In this document: piece by piece, positions 47,912 through 57,981 of the stretch
Layout of the letters: each line of letters starts with the position of its first letter
Numbering within the stretch: position 1 is the stretch's first letter
Assembly (NCBI GenBank): GCA_963696385.1
Contig: CAVOKF010000008.1
Location: forward strand, 192,001 to 256,000
Length of the DNA: 64,000 nucleotides
Source: an uncultured delta proteobacterium
Lineage (GTDB): Bacteria > Myxococcota_A > Polyangia > Polyangiales > Polyangiaceae
Reading direction: 5' to 3'
Made by a program: the position numbers and the translations under genes
Notes under the pieces: model-generated
Database searches by the model: none
Seen by the model: the letters and a program-made list of their open reading frames with translations, nothing else
What the model was told of the DNA's origin: nothing

Positions 47912-50728
47912 CTACTGCACCCGCAGCGGACCGCCGTTGATCCGGTTGTCACCGTCATTCGGGCCGCCCACAACCTTGAGGCGCGTATCGCCCGTGAACA
48001 AGCCAAAATAAATCGTGTACGTGCCGGGTGTGAAGTTCGGCTCGAGCTTGAACTCGTGATCGTCGAGCAGAAGATCACCGGGCAGCCACAGCGCCATGGG
48101 GTACTTGCCGTTCATCGGCTTGTGATCCCCGTTGTGGCGACGCTTGTAACCGTCGATATGGATGAATGCCTCCCACTCCGTCGTCACCGGGGCCAGCACC
48201 CGATAGTACGTCTTGAAGTGATACGAGCGGCCGGGGCTCACCGCATCGACCATGCGGCCGCGCTCGTCGAGCAGGTCGAACCCCACCACTTCGAGCTTGT
48301 CATCCATGTTCGCGCCGAGCTTTCGCTGCGGGTGCGGCGGGGCGGAAAGAACGATCTCCGAAAGCGGGTTTTCGTTCTTGTCGCCGGCGCCAAGGGACGA
48401 GGCGGCCAGCAGAATCTGGCTCGATCGCGTATCGAGAACCGGCAAATTGGTCCGCGGTTCGCTCCGCTCTCTCCAGAGCTGGTTGAGCTTGGGAAGCTCG
48501 TCGGCCTTCAAAGCCAGGCAGCGCCGCTGACCGTGCCCCGCCACCAGCCACTGAAGCGCGCCGGTCGGATCGTTCACGACTTGCGGCTGGCCTCCGGCGT
48601 AATAGGCGGACGTGCGACCCCCCACGCCGAGCAACGCAAGCGGGGCGTCCGGACACAGATGCCGGTAGCTCTCGAACACTTCTTTCGGCGAGAGCTGATT
48701 CGCGAGTGCCGGATAGTACGAAAAACAAAGGACGAATCCGACGACGGCACCCCCGAGCGCCAGGCCGGGCGCTCGATGGCGCAACCAATCGCCCACGACT
48801 CCCATGGCCAAGAAAAACGCGATGCCCGACGGAACGGCGATGAGCGACGCGACCGGCAGTCGTACGTCGGCCGCCAAAGCGGCCGTGAGCGAGATGATCG
48901 GAATGGCGAGCAGCAACAGCGGCGCCACGACGACGAGCGCGACCCACCAGTCTTCGGACTCCACCGGCACTTTTGCATCCGGAGGGCGCAGCCGCCCGAA
49001 AAGCTCTTCGAACGGCTCGAAGCCGCGCGTGAACGAAGCGCTCGACAGCGGACGGGACCGCCCGAACGTCCAAAGCCAGATATCGCACGCAAACACGAGA
49101 CCGAACGCGACGCCGAGCGGAACGAATGCCACGACCCACCACGCATTGAGCATCAAGTCCCGGATCGTCGACGACATCTGCGGCAGCCAATGCCCGTGCG
49201 TCCGAGCCGCCAGAAACACGAGCAGCGCAGCCAGAGAAAAACCGGCGACGGCCGCGAGATACGCGAGAGCCAGCCCACCGTCATACATCGCCTGCAGCGA
49301 AGTCAGGACCCTGCGGTAGTTGCCGGGATCGAACGGGACGCGGTCGGACGCCCGTTCCGCCCAGGTCAAGAAGGCGCACAGTGCGAAGCCGCCCAACACG
49401 ATCCACCAGAAATTCAACGCGGTGTTCTTGAATCCCTCCGGAAACACAGCGCTCGCAATTCCGAACGCCTCGTACGCCTTCTCGGGCAGCTCGTGAAAGT
49501 CGTGGTGCAAGACCCCCGCGAGCACCAACGTCCCCAAGCCGACAGCGACCGAGGACGGCGCGCCACGCTCGAAGTCGCGAATCGCGATGGCGCAGGCGAC
49601 GGCACAAAGGACGGTGCCGTCGAAGGCGATGACGTCGGTCGAGGCGACCAGGTACGCATGCGAAACGAATGCCACCGCGGCCCCGACGAGCACGGCGAGG
49701 CGACCGAGACTCTCGCGCTCGATCGTCCGGGGCGATGCGTGGGGCAGCGCCGGGGTCAAGAGCAGCCGGCCAAACGCGAACGGCACGAAGGCGCTCCACG
49801 GCGCGAGCGCGTGGCCGATCGCAGCGACGTAATAGTCGAACGTCGGGTACTTGGTCGGGACGTGAATCATGGCGCCAATCCACGGGTCGAGATCCTTGCC
49901 GGAGATCGCCACGGACCGGAGCGTCATCGCGGCGGCGAGCGCCCCCGCCACGAGCGACGCCCCGCCCACCGCGTCGCCCACGAAGTCGGGCCGCCGGTGC
50001 CCGACCGATACCCGCGACACGGCCCACGCGAGCCCGATACTCAAGAGCGGCACCCCGAGTCCGAGAAGCCCGCCGCGGCTTTCGAACCCTGATGCGAGCC
50101 CGACCGCCGCCATGGCCAACCACGGAATGCGCTTTACGAAGGGGGTGGGCCAGAGGCCCGGCTCCGTGTCTTGCCCGTCATCCTTCGACTCGCGATCGAA
50201 CGCCGCGACGGCGAGCCCACCGAACGCCATCGCGAGCGACGCCAGCGTGCAGATGTCGCCCAACATCGAACGAGCCTGCACGAAGTACAGCGGCATCGTG
50301 GACAAGACGACGGCCGCGTAGACACCCGCCTTGCGATCGAACAGGCGCGCAACGAAGGCATACGTCGCCACGACGCCGAGCAAGCCCCAGACGGCCAACG
50401 GCAGTCGCCCCGCCCATTCGTGCAGTCCAAAGAGCTTGAAGCCGAGGGCAATGGACGAAAACGGCAGCTGCGGTCGCCCGAGATCGTTCAAGTGAGGCAA
50501 TGAATTGTCTGCGCCGTCGAGCGCCAGATGGCCGGCACCGTACAGGTTGAGCGCTATGCGGCGAGACAGATCCGCGACGTTGAGCTCGTACGGGTCCCAG
50601 AGCCCGCTCTTGCTGAGCGGCGGGAGCACGAAGAAGAGCAACGTCGGAACGCCGACCGCGACCGCAAGGGGTCCCCAGCGCGAGCGCAGGTCGGCGCCGG
50701 AAGAGCCAGAAGAGGGATGGTCGCTCAT
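47912..50728 (-). CDS. GT-C glycosyltransferase (ArnT/PMT, GT39-like), multi-TM with periplasmic C-terminal domain
   Basis: GLWDPYE, FGLHEWAGRLP, many TMs; C-terminal NGDH...W.PGD...D.H. Confidence 0.85.
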   Translation of the reverse strand: MSDHPSSGSSGADLRSRWGPLAVAVGVPTLLFFVLPPLSKSGLWDPYELNVADLSRRIALNLYGAGHLALDGADNSLPHLNDLGRPQLPFSSIALGFKLFGLHEWAGRLPLAVWGLLGVVATYAFVARLFDRKAGVYAAVVLSTMPLYFVQARSMLGDICTLASLAMAFGGLAVAAFDRESKDDGQDTEPGLWPTPFVKRIPWLAMAAVGLASGFESRGGLLGLGVPLLSIGLAWAVSRVSVGHRRPDFVGDAVGGASLVAGALAAAMTLRSVAISGKDLDPWIGAMIHVPTKYPTFDYYVAAIGHALAPWSAFVPFAFGRLLLTPALPHASPRTIERESLGRLAVLVGAAVAFVSHAYLVASTDVIAFDGTVLCAVACAIAIRDFERGAPSSVAVGLGTLVLAGVLHHDFHELPEKAYEAFGIASAVFPEGFKNTALNFWWIVLGGFALCAFLTWAERASDRVPFDPGNYRRVLTSLQAMYDGGLALAYLAAVAGFSLAALLVFLAARTHGHWLPQMSSTIRDLMLNAWWVVAFVPLGVAFGLVFACDIWLWTFGRSRPLSSASFTRGFEPFEELFGRLRPPDAKVPVESEDWWVALVVVAPLLLLAIPIISLTAALAADVRLPVASLIAVPSGIAFFLAMGVVGDWLRHRAPGLALGGAVVGFVLCFSYYPALANQLSPKEVFESYRHLCPDAPLALLGVGGRTSAYYAGGQPQVVNDPTGALQWLVAGHGQRRCLALKADELPKLNQLWRERSEPRTNLPVLDTRSSQILLAASSLGAGDKNENPLSEIVLSAPPHPQRKLGANMDDKLEVVGFDLLDERGRMVDAVSPGRSYHFKTYYRVLAPVTTEWEAFIHIDGYKRRHNGDHKPMNGKYPMALWLPGDLLLDDHEFKLEPNFTPGTYTIYFGLFTGDTRLKVVGGPNDGDNRINGGPLRVQ

Positions 50729-50840
50729 ACGAATCGCGTCGAACCGGGGTCGCAAAACATTTTTCCCCGAGTACGGCGCCGACACTACTTCCAACGTCCG
50801 GCGCCGCGCAACCAGCGCATGCTAGGTACGCGTTCGCCGC

Positions 50841-51773
50841 ATGATTCCGACCCCGTCGTCGCCCGTCGCATCGCGCGCCGGGCATGTCGCGCTCGTGGGC
50901 CGCCCCAACGTGGGGAAAAGCTCCCTTCTCAATGCGCTCATCGGCGAGCCCATCGCCATCACGAGCCCCCACCCGCAGACGACCCGGGACACGGTTCGTG
51001 GCGTCCTCACCCGCCCCGACACGCAGTACGTGATCCTGGACACGCCAGGATTGCACGCCCCGAGAACGAAACTCGGCCGCTACATGAACGAGGCAGCGCG
51101 CTCCGCGGCGAGCCACGCCGACGCCGTCGTCCTGCTGATCGAGGCGCCCGGCGCCGGTGAGCCGGTGCCACGAGCTGCCGACCTGGCCCTCGCGTCGGAG
51201 ACGGCCACTCGCCGCGGCACGATTCTGGCGATTACCAAGATCGATCGACTGCACGCCAAAGAACTTCTGCTGCCCTTCGTGGCCGCTTTCGCGGACCGGT
51301 GCCGGTTCGATGCCGTGGTGCCGATCAGCGCGAAGCGGGGCGATGGCATCGCGGCGTTGCTCGACGAGGTGCGCGGGTTCTTGCCGGAGCAAGCGTTCCT
51401 GTTCGATGCCGAGACGCTCTCGGACCAGCCGGTGCGGTTTTTCGTCGCCGAGTTCGTCCGCGAGCAGGTGCTGAGGCACGTCCGCCAGGAGGTCCCTCAC
51501 GGCGTCGCCGTGGTCGTCGAGCGCTTCGACGAAACCGCGCCCATCGCTCAGATCGAGGTCGCCGTGCACGTGACACGCGAAGCGCACAAGAAAATCCTCG
51601 TCGGAGCGAAGGGGCAAATGATGAAGAGCATCGGGACCGCCGCGCGGGCTCGCATCGAGGCGATGCTGTCGCGCCGAGTCCACTTGAGACTGTGGGTGCG
51701 CACGACGGCGGGCTGGATGGACGACGACGCGAAAATGCGCGACCTCGGCTACGGCGAAGGGATCCACTCGTGA
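50841..51773 (+). CDS. era: GTPase Era
   Basis: GRPNVGKS, PQTTR, DTPG, TKID, EVPH, KH domain. Confidence 0.96.
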   Translation: MIPTPSSPVASRAGHVALVGRPNVGKSSLLNALIGEPIAITSPHPQTTRDTVRGVLTRPDTQYVILDTPGLHAPRTKLGRYMNEAARSAASHADAVVLLIEAPGAGEPVPRAADLALASETATRRGTILAITKIDRLHAKELLLPFVAAFADRCRFDAVVPISAKRGDGIAALLDEVRGFLPEQAFLFDAETLSDQPVRFFVAEFVREQVLRHVRQEVPHGVAVVVERFDETAPIAQIEVAVHVTREAHKKILVGAKGQMMKSIGTAARARIEAMLSRRVHLRLWVRTTAGWMDDDAKMRDLGYGEGIHS

Positions 51774-53170
51774 CCAAGCACCGACAGCCGAGGACGGCTT
51801 TCGGGCCCCTTCCAGCGGGAGCCGGCAACGCCCCGGTGGTCGCGATCGTCGGCCGACCCAACGTCGGCAAGTCCACTCTGTTCAACCGGCTCGCGCGGGC
51901 GCGAATCGCGATCGTCCACGACGAGGCGGGCGTCACTCGGGACCGCAAGTACGCCGACGTGAGCGCGTTCGGGACTCCCTACACGCTGGTCGACACGGGG
52001 GGGTTCGACCCCGACGACGACGATCCGATGAAGGCCGGAATCGCTCGGCAAGTGCGGAGCGCCGTGGCCGAAGCCGACGCCATCGTGTTCGTGACCGACG
52101 CGACCACCGAACCGGGCGGGGCCGACCGAGCCGCTGTCGCGCTTTTGCGTCGGAGCGGTAAACCGGTCCTTTTTGCCGCCAACAAGGCCGACTCGCCGCG
52201 CGCCGACGCCGATGCATTCGACTTGTATCGTCTGGGCGTCGACAAGGTTTATCCCGTGAGCGCGCTGCACGGCCGTGGCATCGGCGAGCTCGAATCGGCG
52301 CTCGTCCAAGCCTTGCCCGAGTCCCGGGAGGTCCCCATCGAAGAGGGCGACGTCGCGCGCATCGCGCTCATCGGCCGACCCAACGCCGGCAAAAGCAGTT
52401 TGATGAATCGGATCCTGGGTGAGGAACGGTCGCTCGTCGACGCGCGGCCCGGGACCACCCGCGATTCGATCGACGCCATCGTGGAGCGCGACGGCAAGCG
52501 CTACGTGTTCATCGACACGGCGGGCATCCGGCGCAAGGGCAAAGTCGCCAAGGAGGCCAGTACGGTCGAATCGTTGAGCGTGCTGTCGTCCATCCGCAGC
52601 ATCGAACGCGCGCACATCGTCGTGCTGCTCTGCGATGCGAACGAGGGCGTCGCCGAACAGGACGCCAAGATCCTGGGGCTCGCCGAAGAGCGCGGCCGTG
52701 CGATGGTCGTCGCTCTGAACAAAGTCGACCTCTTGGCGAAAGGAGACTTCGCCAAGGCGGAGGAAAACGCACGCGAAAAGCTCTCGTTCGTACCTTACGT
52801 CCCGGTCGCCAGGACGAGCGCGAAAACGGGCCGCGGCCTCTCCGAACTGTTCGCCACGATCGACCGCGTGCATGCGGCCTACTTTCACCGCGTGGGCACC
52901 GGCGAGCTCAATCGTTTCTTCGCGCAGGTGCTCGCGATACGGCCCCCGCCGACGATGGGCGGACGCGCGCCGCGCCTCTACTACGTCACCCAGACGTCGG
53001 TCGCCCCGCCCACGTTCGTCGCGATGACCAACGCGCCCGATTCCATCCATTTTTCGTATCGACGCTTCGTCGTCAATCAATTGAGAAAAGAGTTTTCCTT
53101 CGAAGGCGCGCCGGTACGCGTGCACTACAAGGCCCGACGGCGCCGCGGAGAAAAGAAGGAGGGCGACTGA
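51770..53170 (+). CDS. der: Ribosome biogenesis GTPase Der
   Basis: Two G domains (GRPNVGKS, GRPNAGKS), DTGG and DTAG, SALHGRG. Confidence 0.97.
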   Translation: MTKHRQPRTAFGPLPAGAGNAPVVAIVGRPNVGKSTLFNRLARARIAIVHDEAGVTRDRKYADVSAFGTPYTLVDTGGFDPDDDDPMKAGIARQVRSAVAEADAIVFVTDATTEPGGADRAAVALLRRSGKPVLFAANKADSPRADADAFDLYRLGVDKVYPVSALHGRGIGELESALVQALPESREVPIEEGDVARIALIGRPNAGKSSLMNRILGEERSLVDARPGTTRDSIDAIVERDGKRYVFIDTAGIRRKGKVAKEASTVESLSVLSSIRSIERAHIVVLLCDANEGVAEQDAKILGLAEERGRAMVVALNKVDLLAKGDFAKAEENAREKLSFVPYVPVARTSAKTGRGLSELFATIDRVHAAYFHRVGTGELNRFFAQVLAIRPPPTMGGRAPRLYYVTQTSVAPPTFVAMTNAPDSIHFSYRRFVVNQLRKEFSFEGAPVRVHYKARRRRGEKKEGD

Positions 53171-53179
53171 CGTACCCCC

Positions 53180-54334
53180 TCATGTTCCGCTGCCCATAAG
53201 CGTTTCGGCGACGGCGTGCAGACCGACCAAGTCGTGAACGTCGGTCGGCAGTTCGCGAACCCGGACAATCGGGACCGTGCCGCGGACATGGTCCTCGAGA
53301 GTGCGCATGTGCAGGGCGTCGAGCGCGGCCAGGCCCCGGGCATCCGCGTGGGATCGCACGAGACGCGAGGGGCCGTCCCCGGCGAGGCGCAAGCCGCGCG
53401 CCTCGATCGCTTCCGCCGCCTCGCTCACGGTCGGCGGATGGTCCGCAAACGCGGGAGCAAGACGGAAGCGATTCACGACGAACGCGCCGCGCGGCATCGT
53501 CGCTTGCACGAGCCGATCGCTGAAAAACAGCACCTCTTGAATGCTCGCCGGCGCCGGGCTCGTGACCAGAACGAAGGTCACGGCGGGGCTGCGGAGCGCC
53601 GCTTCGACTTCGCGCGCGCGCTCTTTGAAACCGCCGAACAGATCGTTGAGTTCCGAGAGAAACTCCGACATCGCCTCCAAGAACCCCGCGCCCGTGATCC
53701 GCGCAATGCCGCGCAAGACGGCGGCCGCCGACCGCGCGAAAAGATTGAAACCCACGCTGCCGCTCGTCTGGAAAGCGTGGACGATCCAGCGCATGGTCGT
53801 CGAATCGAGCGCCTCGACGAGCCGTTCGGGCGCGTCGAGAAAATCGAGTGCATTGGCCGTTGGGGGCGTATCGAGAACGATGAGATCGAAGCGCGGATCG
53901 CGCTGAACGGCGACGAGCTTCTCCATGGCCATGTATTCCTGCGTACCGGCCAGGGACGTCGACACGGTTTGGTAGAGCTTGTTGCCGAGGAGCCGCTCGG
54001 CGCGCTCCCGAGACGACGCGTATTTCACGATGAGATCGTCGAACGTACGCTTGGTATCGAGCATCATCGCCGCGAGCGTCCCTTTCATCGCGATGCCCGA
54101 TCGCGCAAACCGCGCCGGATCGATCTGCTGCTCGTCGCTCGACATGCGCTCGAGGCCGAGCGCCTCCGCGAGCCGGCGCGCCGGATCGATGGTCAAGCAC
54201 AAGACGCGTCGGCCGCGGGCTGCGGCCGCCAGGCCGAGAGCCGCCGCAGTCGTGGTCTTGCCCACCCCGCCCGCGCCCACGGCGACGATCACGCGACGCG
54301 TCATCACGATCTGAGCGAGCGTTTCCGACGGCAT
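53180..54334 (-). CDS. ArsA/Get3-family ATPase
   Basis: GAGGVGKTT, TIDPARRLA, GTQEYMAMEKL, LDTPPT. Confidence 0.92.
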   Translation of the reverse strand: MPSETLAQIVMTRRVIVAVGAGGVGKTTTAAALGLAAAARGRRVLCLTIDPARRLAEALGLERMSSDEQQIDPARFARSGIAMKGTLAAMMLDTKRTFDDLIVKYASSRERAERLLGNKLYQTVSTSLAGTQEYMAMEKLVAVQRDPRFDLIVLDTPPTANALDFLDAPERLVEALDSTTMRWIVHAFQTSGSVGFNLFARSAAAVLRGIARITGAGFLEAMSEFLSELNDLFGGFKERAREVEAALRSPAVTFVLVTSPAPASIQEVLFFSDRLVQATMPRGAFVVNRFRLAPAFADHPPTVSEAAEAIEARGLRLAGDGPSRLVRSHADARGLAALDALHMRTLEDHVRGTVPIVRVRELPTDVHDLVGLHAVAETLMGSGT

Positions 54335-54349
54335 CACCCTGCGTGACCT

Positions 54350-55841
54350 CTAGGGCTCTGCGTCGTCGTATTCCCCGTCGGCCAGGCTGTCGAAACGAGT
54401 GTATTGAGCATCGAATCGGACTTTGACGGTGTTCGTGGGGCCGTTTCTCTGCTTGGCCACGATGAGCTCGGCGATGTTCCGATCCGCCGTTTCTTTATTG
54501 TAGTACTCGTCTCGGTAGATGAAGCAGATGTTGTCGGCGTCCTGTTCGATGGCGCCGGACTCGCGCAAATCGGAAAGCTGCGGGCGCTTGCTCTTTTCGC
54601 CACGGGTCTCGACCGCCCGATTGAGCTGACTGAGCGCAATGACCGGAAGATTCAGCTCTTTGGCGAGCCGCTTGAGGCCCCGGGAGATTTCGCTGATTTC
54701 CTGCTCGCGCGATTGGGCGTTTTCCCGGCCCCTCATGAGCTGCAGATAATCGACGACCACGAGGCCGATTCGCTGCTTCTTTTCTCCCGTCGCCGGGTCG
54801 ATCCGATTCGAACTCCGCCTGCAAGCGGCGCACCTTGGATCGAAGCTCGAGAATCGACAGCGCCGGTGCGTCGTCCACCCAGATGCTGAGATTCGCGAGA
54901 TGCGACGCGGCCTGCGTGAGCTTGCTCCAGTCGCTCGGCGTGAGCATTCCCGTGCGGACGCGGCTCACGTCGACCCGCGCTTCCGAGCACAGCACGCGAT
55001 TGACGATTTGCTCGCGGGGCATCTCGAGCGAGAAGACGACGACGCCGTATCCCGGCTCTTCCCAGCGCTCGTTCGGGTCTCGAGCCGACTCGAGCTGCTG
55101 AGGACTCGCGACGTTGACGGCCATATTCAAGACGAGGCTCGTCTTTCCCATCCCGGGACGCGCCGCGACGATCGTCAGCTCGCCGTCGTGCAAGCCGCTC
55201 GTCAGCCGGTCGTAGCGATCGAAGCCGGTCGAGATCCCGATGATGCGCGCGCCACGCTCGGTAGCCCGGGTGATGCGGCGAAAGGTCTCCTGCATCACGT
55301 CGCGCAGGAGCAGGACGCTGCTCGCCTCGCGCGTTCGTGCAATGTCGTAGACGGCCTGCTCGGCCGAGTCGATGAACTGCTGCGCCTCGCCGTAGCCCGT
55401 GTAGCCCTGCGCCATCACGCGGTGGCACGCGAGGATCAGCTGCCGGACGCGCCACTTTTCGTGGATCGTCTGCCCGTAGGCGCCCACATTGGATACCGCC
55501 GGCGCCGCATTGAGTACCTCCGTCAGGTACGCCATGCCTCCGACCTGAGCGAGGCGATCGTGGTCGCGCAGCCACGTCGCGACCTGGACCACATCGACGG
55601 GCTTGCCCGCCGAGCTGAGATCGACGCACGCCTCGTAGATGCGCCGGTGGGCCTCGGAATAGAAGTGCTCGGCCCGCAGCAACTCGCTCACCTTGTCGAA
55701 GGCGAGGGGGTCGACCATGACGGCCGACAGAACGGCCGCTTCGGCGTCCATGTCATGGGGCGGCACGCGGCCCTCGATCGCGATCGGCTCCACGGACTGC
55801 CCACCGACGACGCGCAGCTTCTCCACAGGCTCACCCTCCAA
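54350..55841 (-). CDS. dnaB: Replicative DNA helicase; apparent +1 frameshift near 54807
   Basis: [17 protein letters not shown] and FSLEM in frame 1; VDYLQLM, SQLNR and [13 protein letters not shown] in frame 2. Confidence 0.95.
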
Positions 55842-55904
55842 ACGACAACGCCCCGACCTCGTGGAGGCCGGGGCGCCGGTCGATTTCCGTCTATCGTTAG
55901 CGCA

Positions 55905-56360
55905 TCACTTGGCGATGACTTCCACCTTTACGCTCGCGGAGACATCCACGGCCAATTTGATCGGCACGTCGTAGACACCCGTTGCTTTGATCGGCTCGGC
56001 GAGCTGAATCTTGCGTCGGTCCACCTGAAAGCCCTGGGCAGCGAGAGCGCGCTCGATGTCCTTGGTGGTCACGGAACCGAAGAGTCGACCGTCCTCACCG
56101 GCCTTGACCGCAATCTGGACGGCCGCGGCGCTCAACTTGGCCGACGCATCGCGCGCTTCTTTCTTCGACTTTTCCGTGCGCGCGAGCGCCACGGATCGTT
56201 CGTGCTCGATTCGATGCACGGCCGCCGACGTGGCGGGCAGGGCCAGATCGCGGGGAAGCAAATAGTTTCGAGCGAAACCGGGGCGCACGCGGATGAGCTC
56301 GCCGCTCTTGCCGACCTTGTCGACGTCCTGCCGCAAGATGACCTGAATGTTCGCGGGCAT
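55905..56360 (-). CDS. rplI: 50S ribosomal protein L9
   Basis: VRPGFARNYLLP, GRLFGSVT. Confidence 0.97.
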   Translation of the reverse strand: MPANIQVILRQDVDKVGKSGELIRVRPGFARNYLLPRDLALPATSAAVHRIEHERSVALARTEKSKKEARDASAKLSAAAVQIAVKAGEDGRLFGSVTTKDIERALAAQGFQVDRRKIQLAEPIKATGVYDVPIKLAVDVSASVKVEVIAK

Positions 56361-56369
56361 GGGTCAATC

Positions 56370-56654
56370 TCAGTGGGTCACGGTGAACGGAAGGAGGGCG
56401 ATATTGCGAGCTCTCTTCACGGCAAGCTGCACTTTGCGTTGATGGCGCGCGCAGTTGCCGCTGATTCGGCGAGGAACGACCTTGCCGCGCTCGCTAACGA
56501 AGTAGCGCAGGGCTTGGGGATCCTTGTAGTCGATGACCACGGTCTTGTCGGCGCAGTAGCGACAAACCCGCTTCTTGCCGCCGCGTCGACGGCCCACGTC
56601 GGCGTTGAGGTCCGGACCGCGCGTAATGTCCTTGTCGTCGTCCATCATCGCCAT
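56370..56654 (-). CDS. rpsR: 30S ribosomal protein S18 (Zn-binding form)
   Basis: CRYC, IDYKD, ERGK..PRRISG.C..HQR. Confidence 0.97.
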   Translation of the reverse strand: MAMMDDDKDITRGPDLNADVGRRRGGKKRVCRYCADKTVVIDYKDPQALRYFVSERGKVVPRRISGNCARHQRKVQLAVKRARNIALLPFTVTH

Positions 56655-56657
56655 GAC

Positions 56658-57224
56658 TCAAACCTCCTCGCCTTCCTTGCGAACCGCCGCGGCCTCGTCG
56701 GTCTCTTCGTGCTCGAATTCGTCGATGTCGTCCGGCGGGCGCGGCGCCCTCGGAGCCTCGGGGCCGAGATCAATCAAGCCCAGTTGCTTCTCGCGCGACT
56801 CTTCTTTCTCTTCCTCCGGCGGCAGCTCGAGCTTACCGAGACGGATTTCCTCGGGGTCGATCTGCAAAGCCTCCAGATCGACCTCATTGGAGGTCTGGAC
56901 GGTCATGAATTTGATGACGCAATCCTGGAGCTTGAGGTTGCGCTCGACTTCGGCCACCAGACCGCCGCTGCCGACGTACTTGAGGTACACGTACACGCCG
57001 CGCCGCTGCTTGCCGACCGGGTACGCGAGCTTGCGGCGTCCCCAGGCCTCCACCTTGACCAGCTTGCCCCGTTCGCGGTCGAGCGCGTCGGCGACGCGCG
57101 CCTGAACGCGCTCGGCCAGGTCTCCGTCGACGTCGGATCGAAGAACGTAAATGGTCTCGTACTCCCTCGCGCGCACGCGGGGAGCTTGCGGGCGCACCGA
57201 GGCGTCCGAGGTCGTTGCGGTCAT
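56658..57224 (-). CDS. rpsF: 30S ribosomal protein S6 with long acidic tail
   Basis: REYETIYVL, WGRRKLAYPV. Confidence 0.95.
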   Translation of the reverse strand: MTATTSDASVRPQAPRVRAREYETIYVLRSDVDGDLAERVQARVADALDRERGKLVKVEAWGRRKLAYPVGKQRRGVYVYLKYVGSGGLVAEVERNLKLQDCVIKFMTVQTSNEVDLEALQIDPEEIRLGKLELPPEEEKEESREKQLGLIDLGPEAPRAPRPPDDIDEFEHEETDEAAAVRKEGEEV

Positions 57225-57384
57225 GGTCTCTCCTGGGGTTCGCGCCCCGCCGCGTGCGGCGAGTCCCTTCTGGGCTCGTCCCCGAAGGTCAAACACCTCG
57301 GGAGACGCGGGCCCGTGGGACGAAGGCGCCCACGAGCAAGGGGCCAACACATTAACGCAGCGGGTCCGGTTGGGCAAGCGCGTT

Positions 57385-57978
57385 CTAGGAGCAGCCTGCG
57401 CCGGATCCCCGAGTCTTCGTATTGGATCGGTTCATCGCCGCCGCGATGCCGTCGGTGACGACCGCCCGAACCGCCGCGTTGGCTGCATCGATGACGTCCG
57501 GAAGCTCGGCGCGCTCTTCCGCCGCGAAATTCGTGAGCACCCAATCGGCCACGTCGCCGGAGAAGCCGGGTGCGGGTCGGCCAACGCCGATGCGCACGCG
57601 CACGAAATCCGGTCCCAGATGCTGAATCACGCTTCGGACCCCATTGTGGCCCGCGTGCCCCCCTCCCGACTTGATCCGCACGTCGCGCCACAGGAGGTCG
57701 ATCTCGTCGTGGACAACGATGATTCTCGCGGGGGGCACCTTCAAGAACGCGGCGGCAGGCTGCACGCTTTCACCCGAGAGGTTCATGTACGTCTGCGGTT
57801 TCAGAACCGCCACGTCGTGGCTGCCAAGCTCTCCCTTCGTCCAAAACCCCGAAAATTTGGGTTTGAACGCAGGCCAGCCCTCCGACTGTTGCAGCGCGTC
57901 GACCGTCATGAACCCGACGTTGTGTCGATTCCCCTCGTACTCGCGACCGGGGTTGCCGAGACCCACGACGAGAAACAC
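57385..57978 (-). CDS. pth: Peptidyl-tRNA hydrolase
   Basis: VGLGNPG, RHNVGF, KPQTYMNLSG, GGHAGHNG. Confidence 0.97.
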   Translation of the reverse strand: MFLVVGLGNPGREYEGNRHNVGFMTVDALQQSEGWPAFKPKFSGFWTKGELGSHDVAVLKPQTYMNLSGESVQPAAAFLKVPPARIIVVHDEIDLLWRDVRIKSGGGHAGHNGVRSVIQHLGPDFVRVRIGVGRPAPGFSGDVADWVLTNFAAEERAELPDVIDAANAAVRAVVTDGIAAAMNRSNTKTRGSGAGCS

Positions 57979-57981
57979 GGG

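Noticed and set aside
54350..55841. dnaB pseudogene, intein or programmed frameshift
   Set aside because: A single extra base explains the split. There are no intein motifs or slippery heptamer at the site, and two other genes share the same signature.
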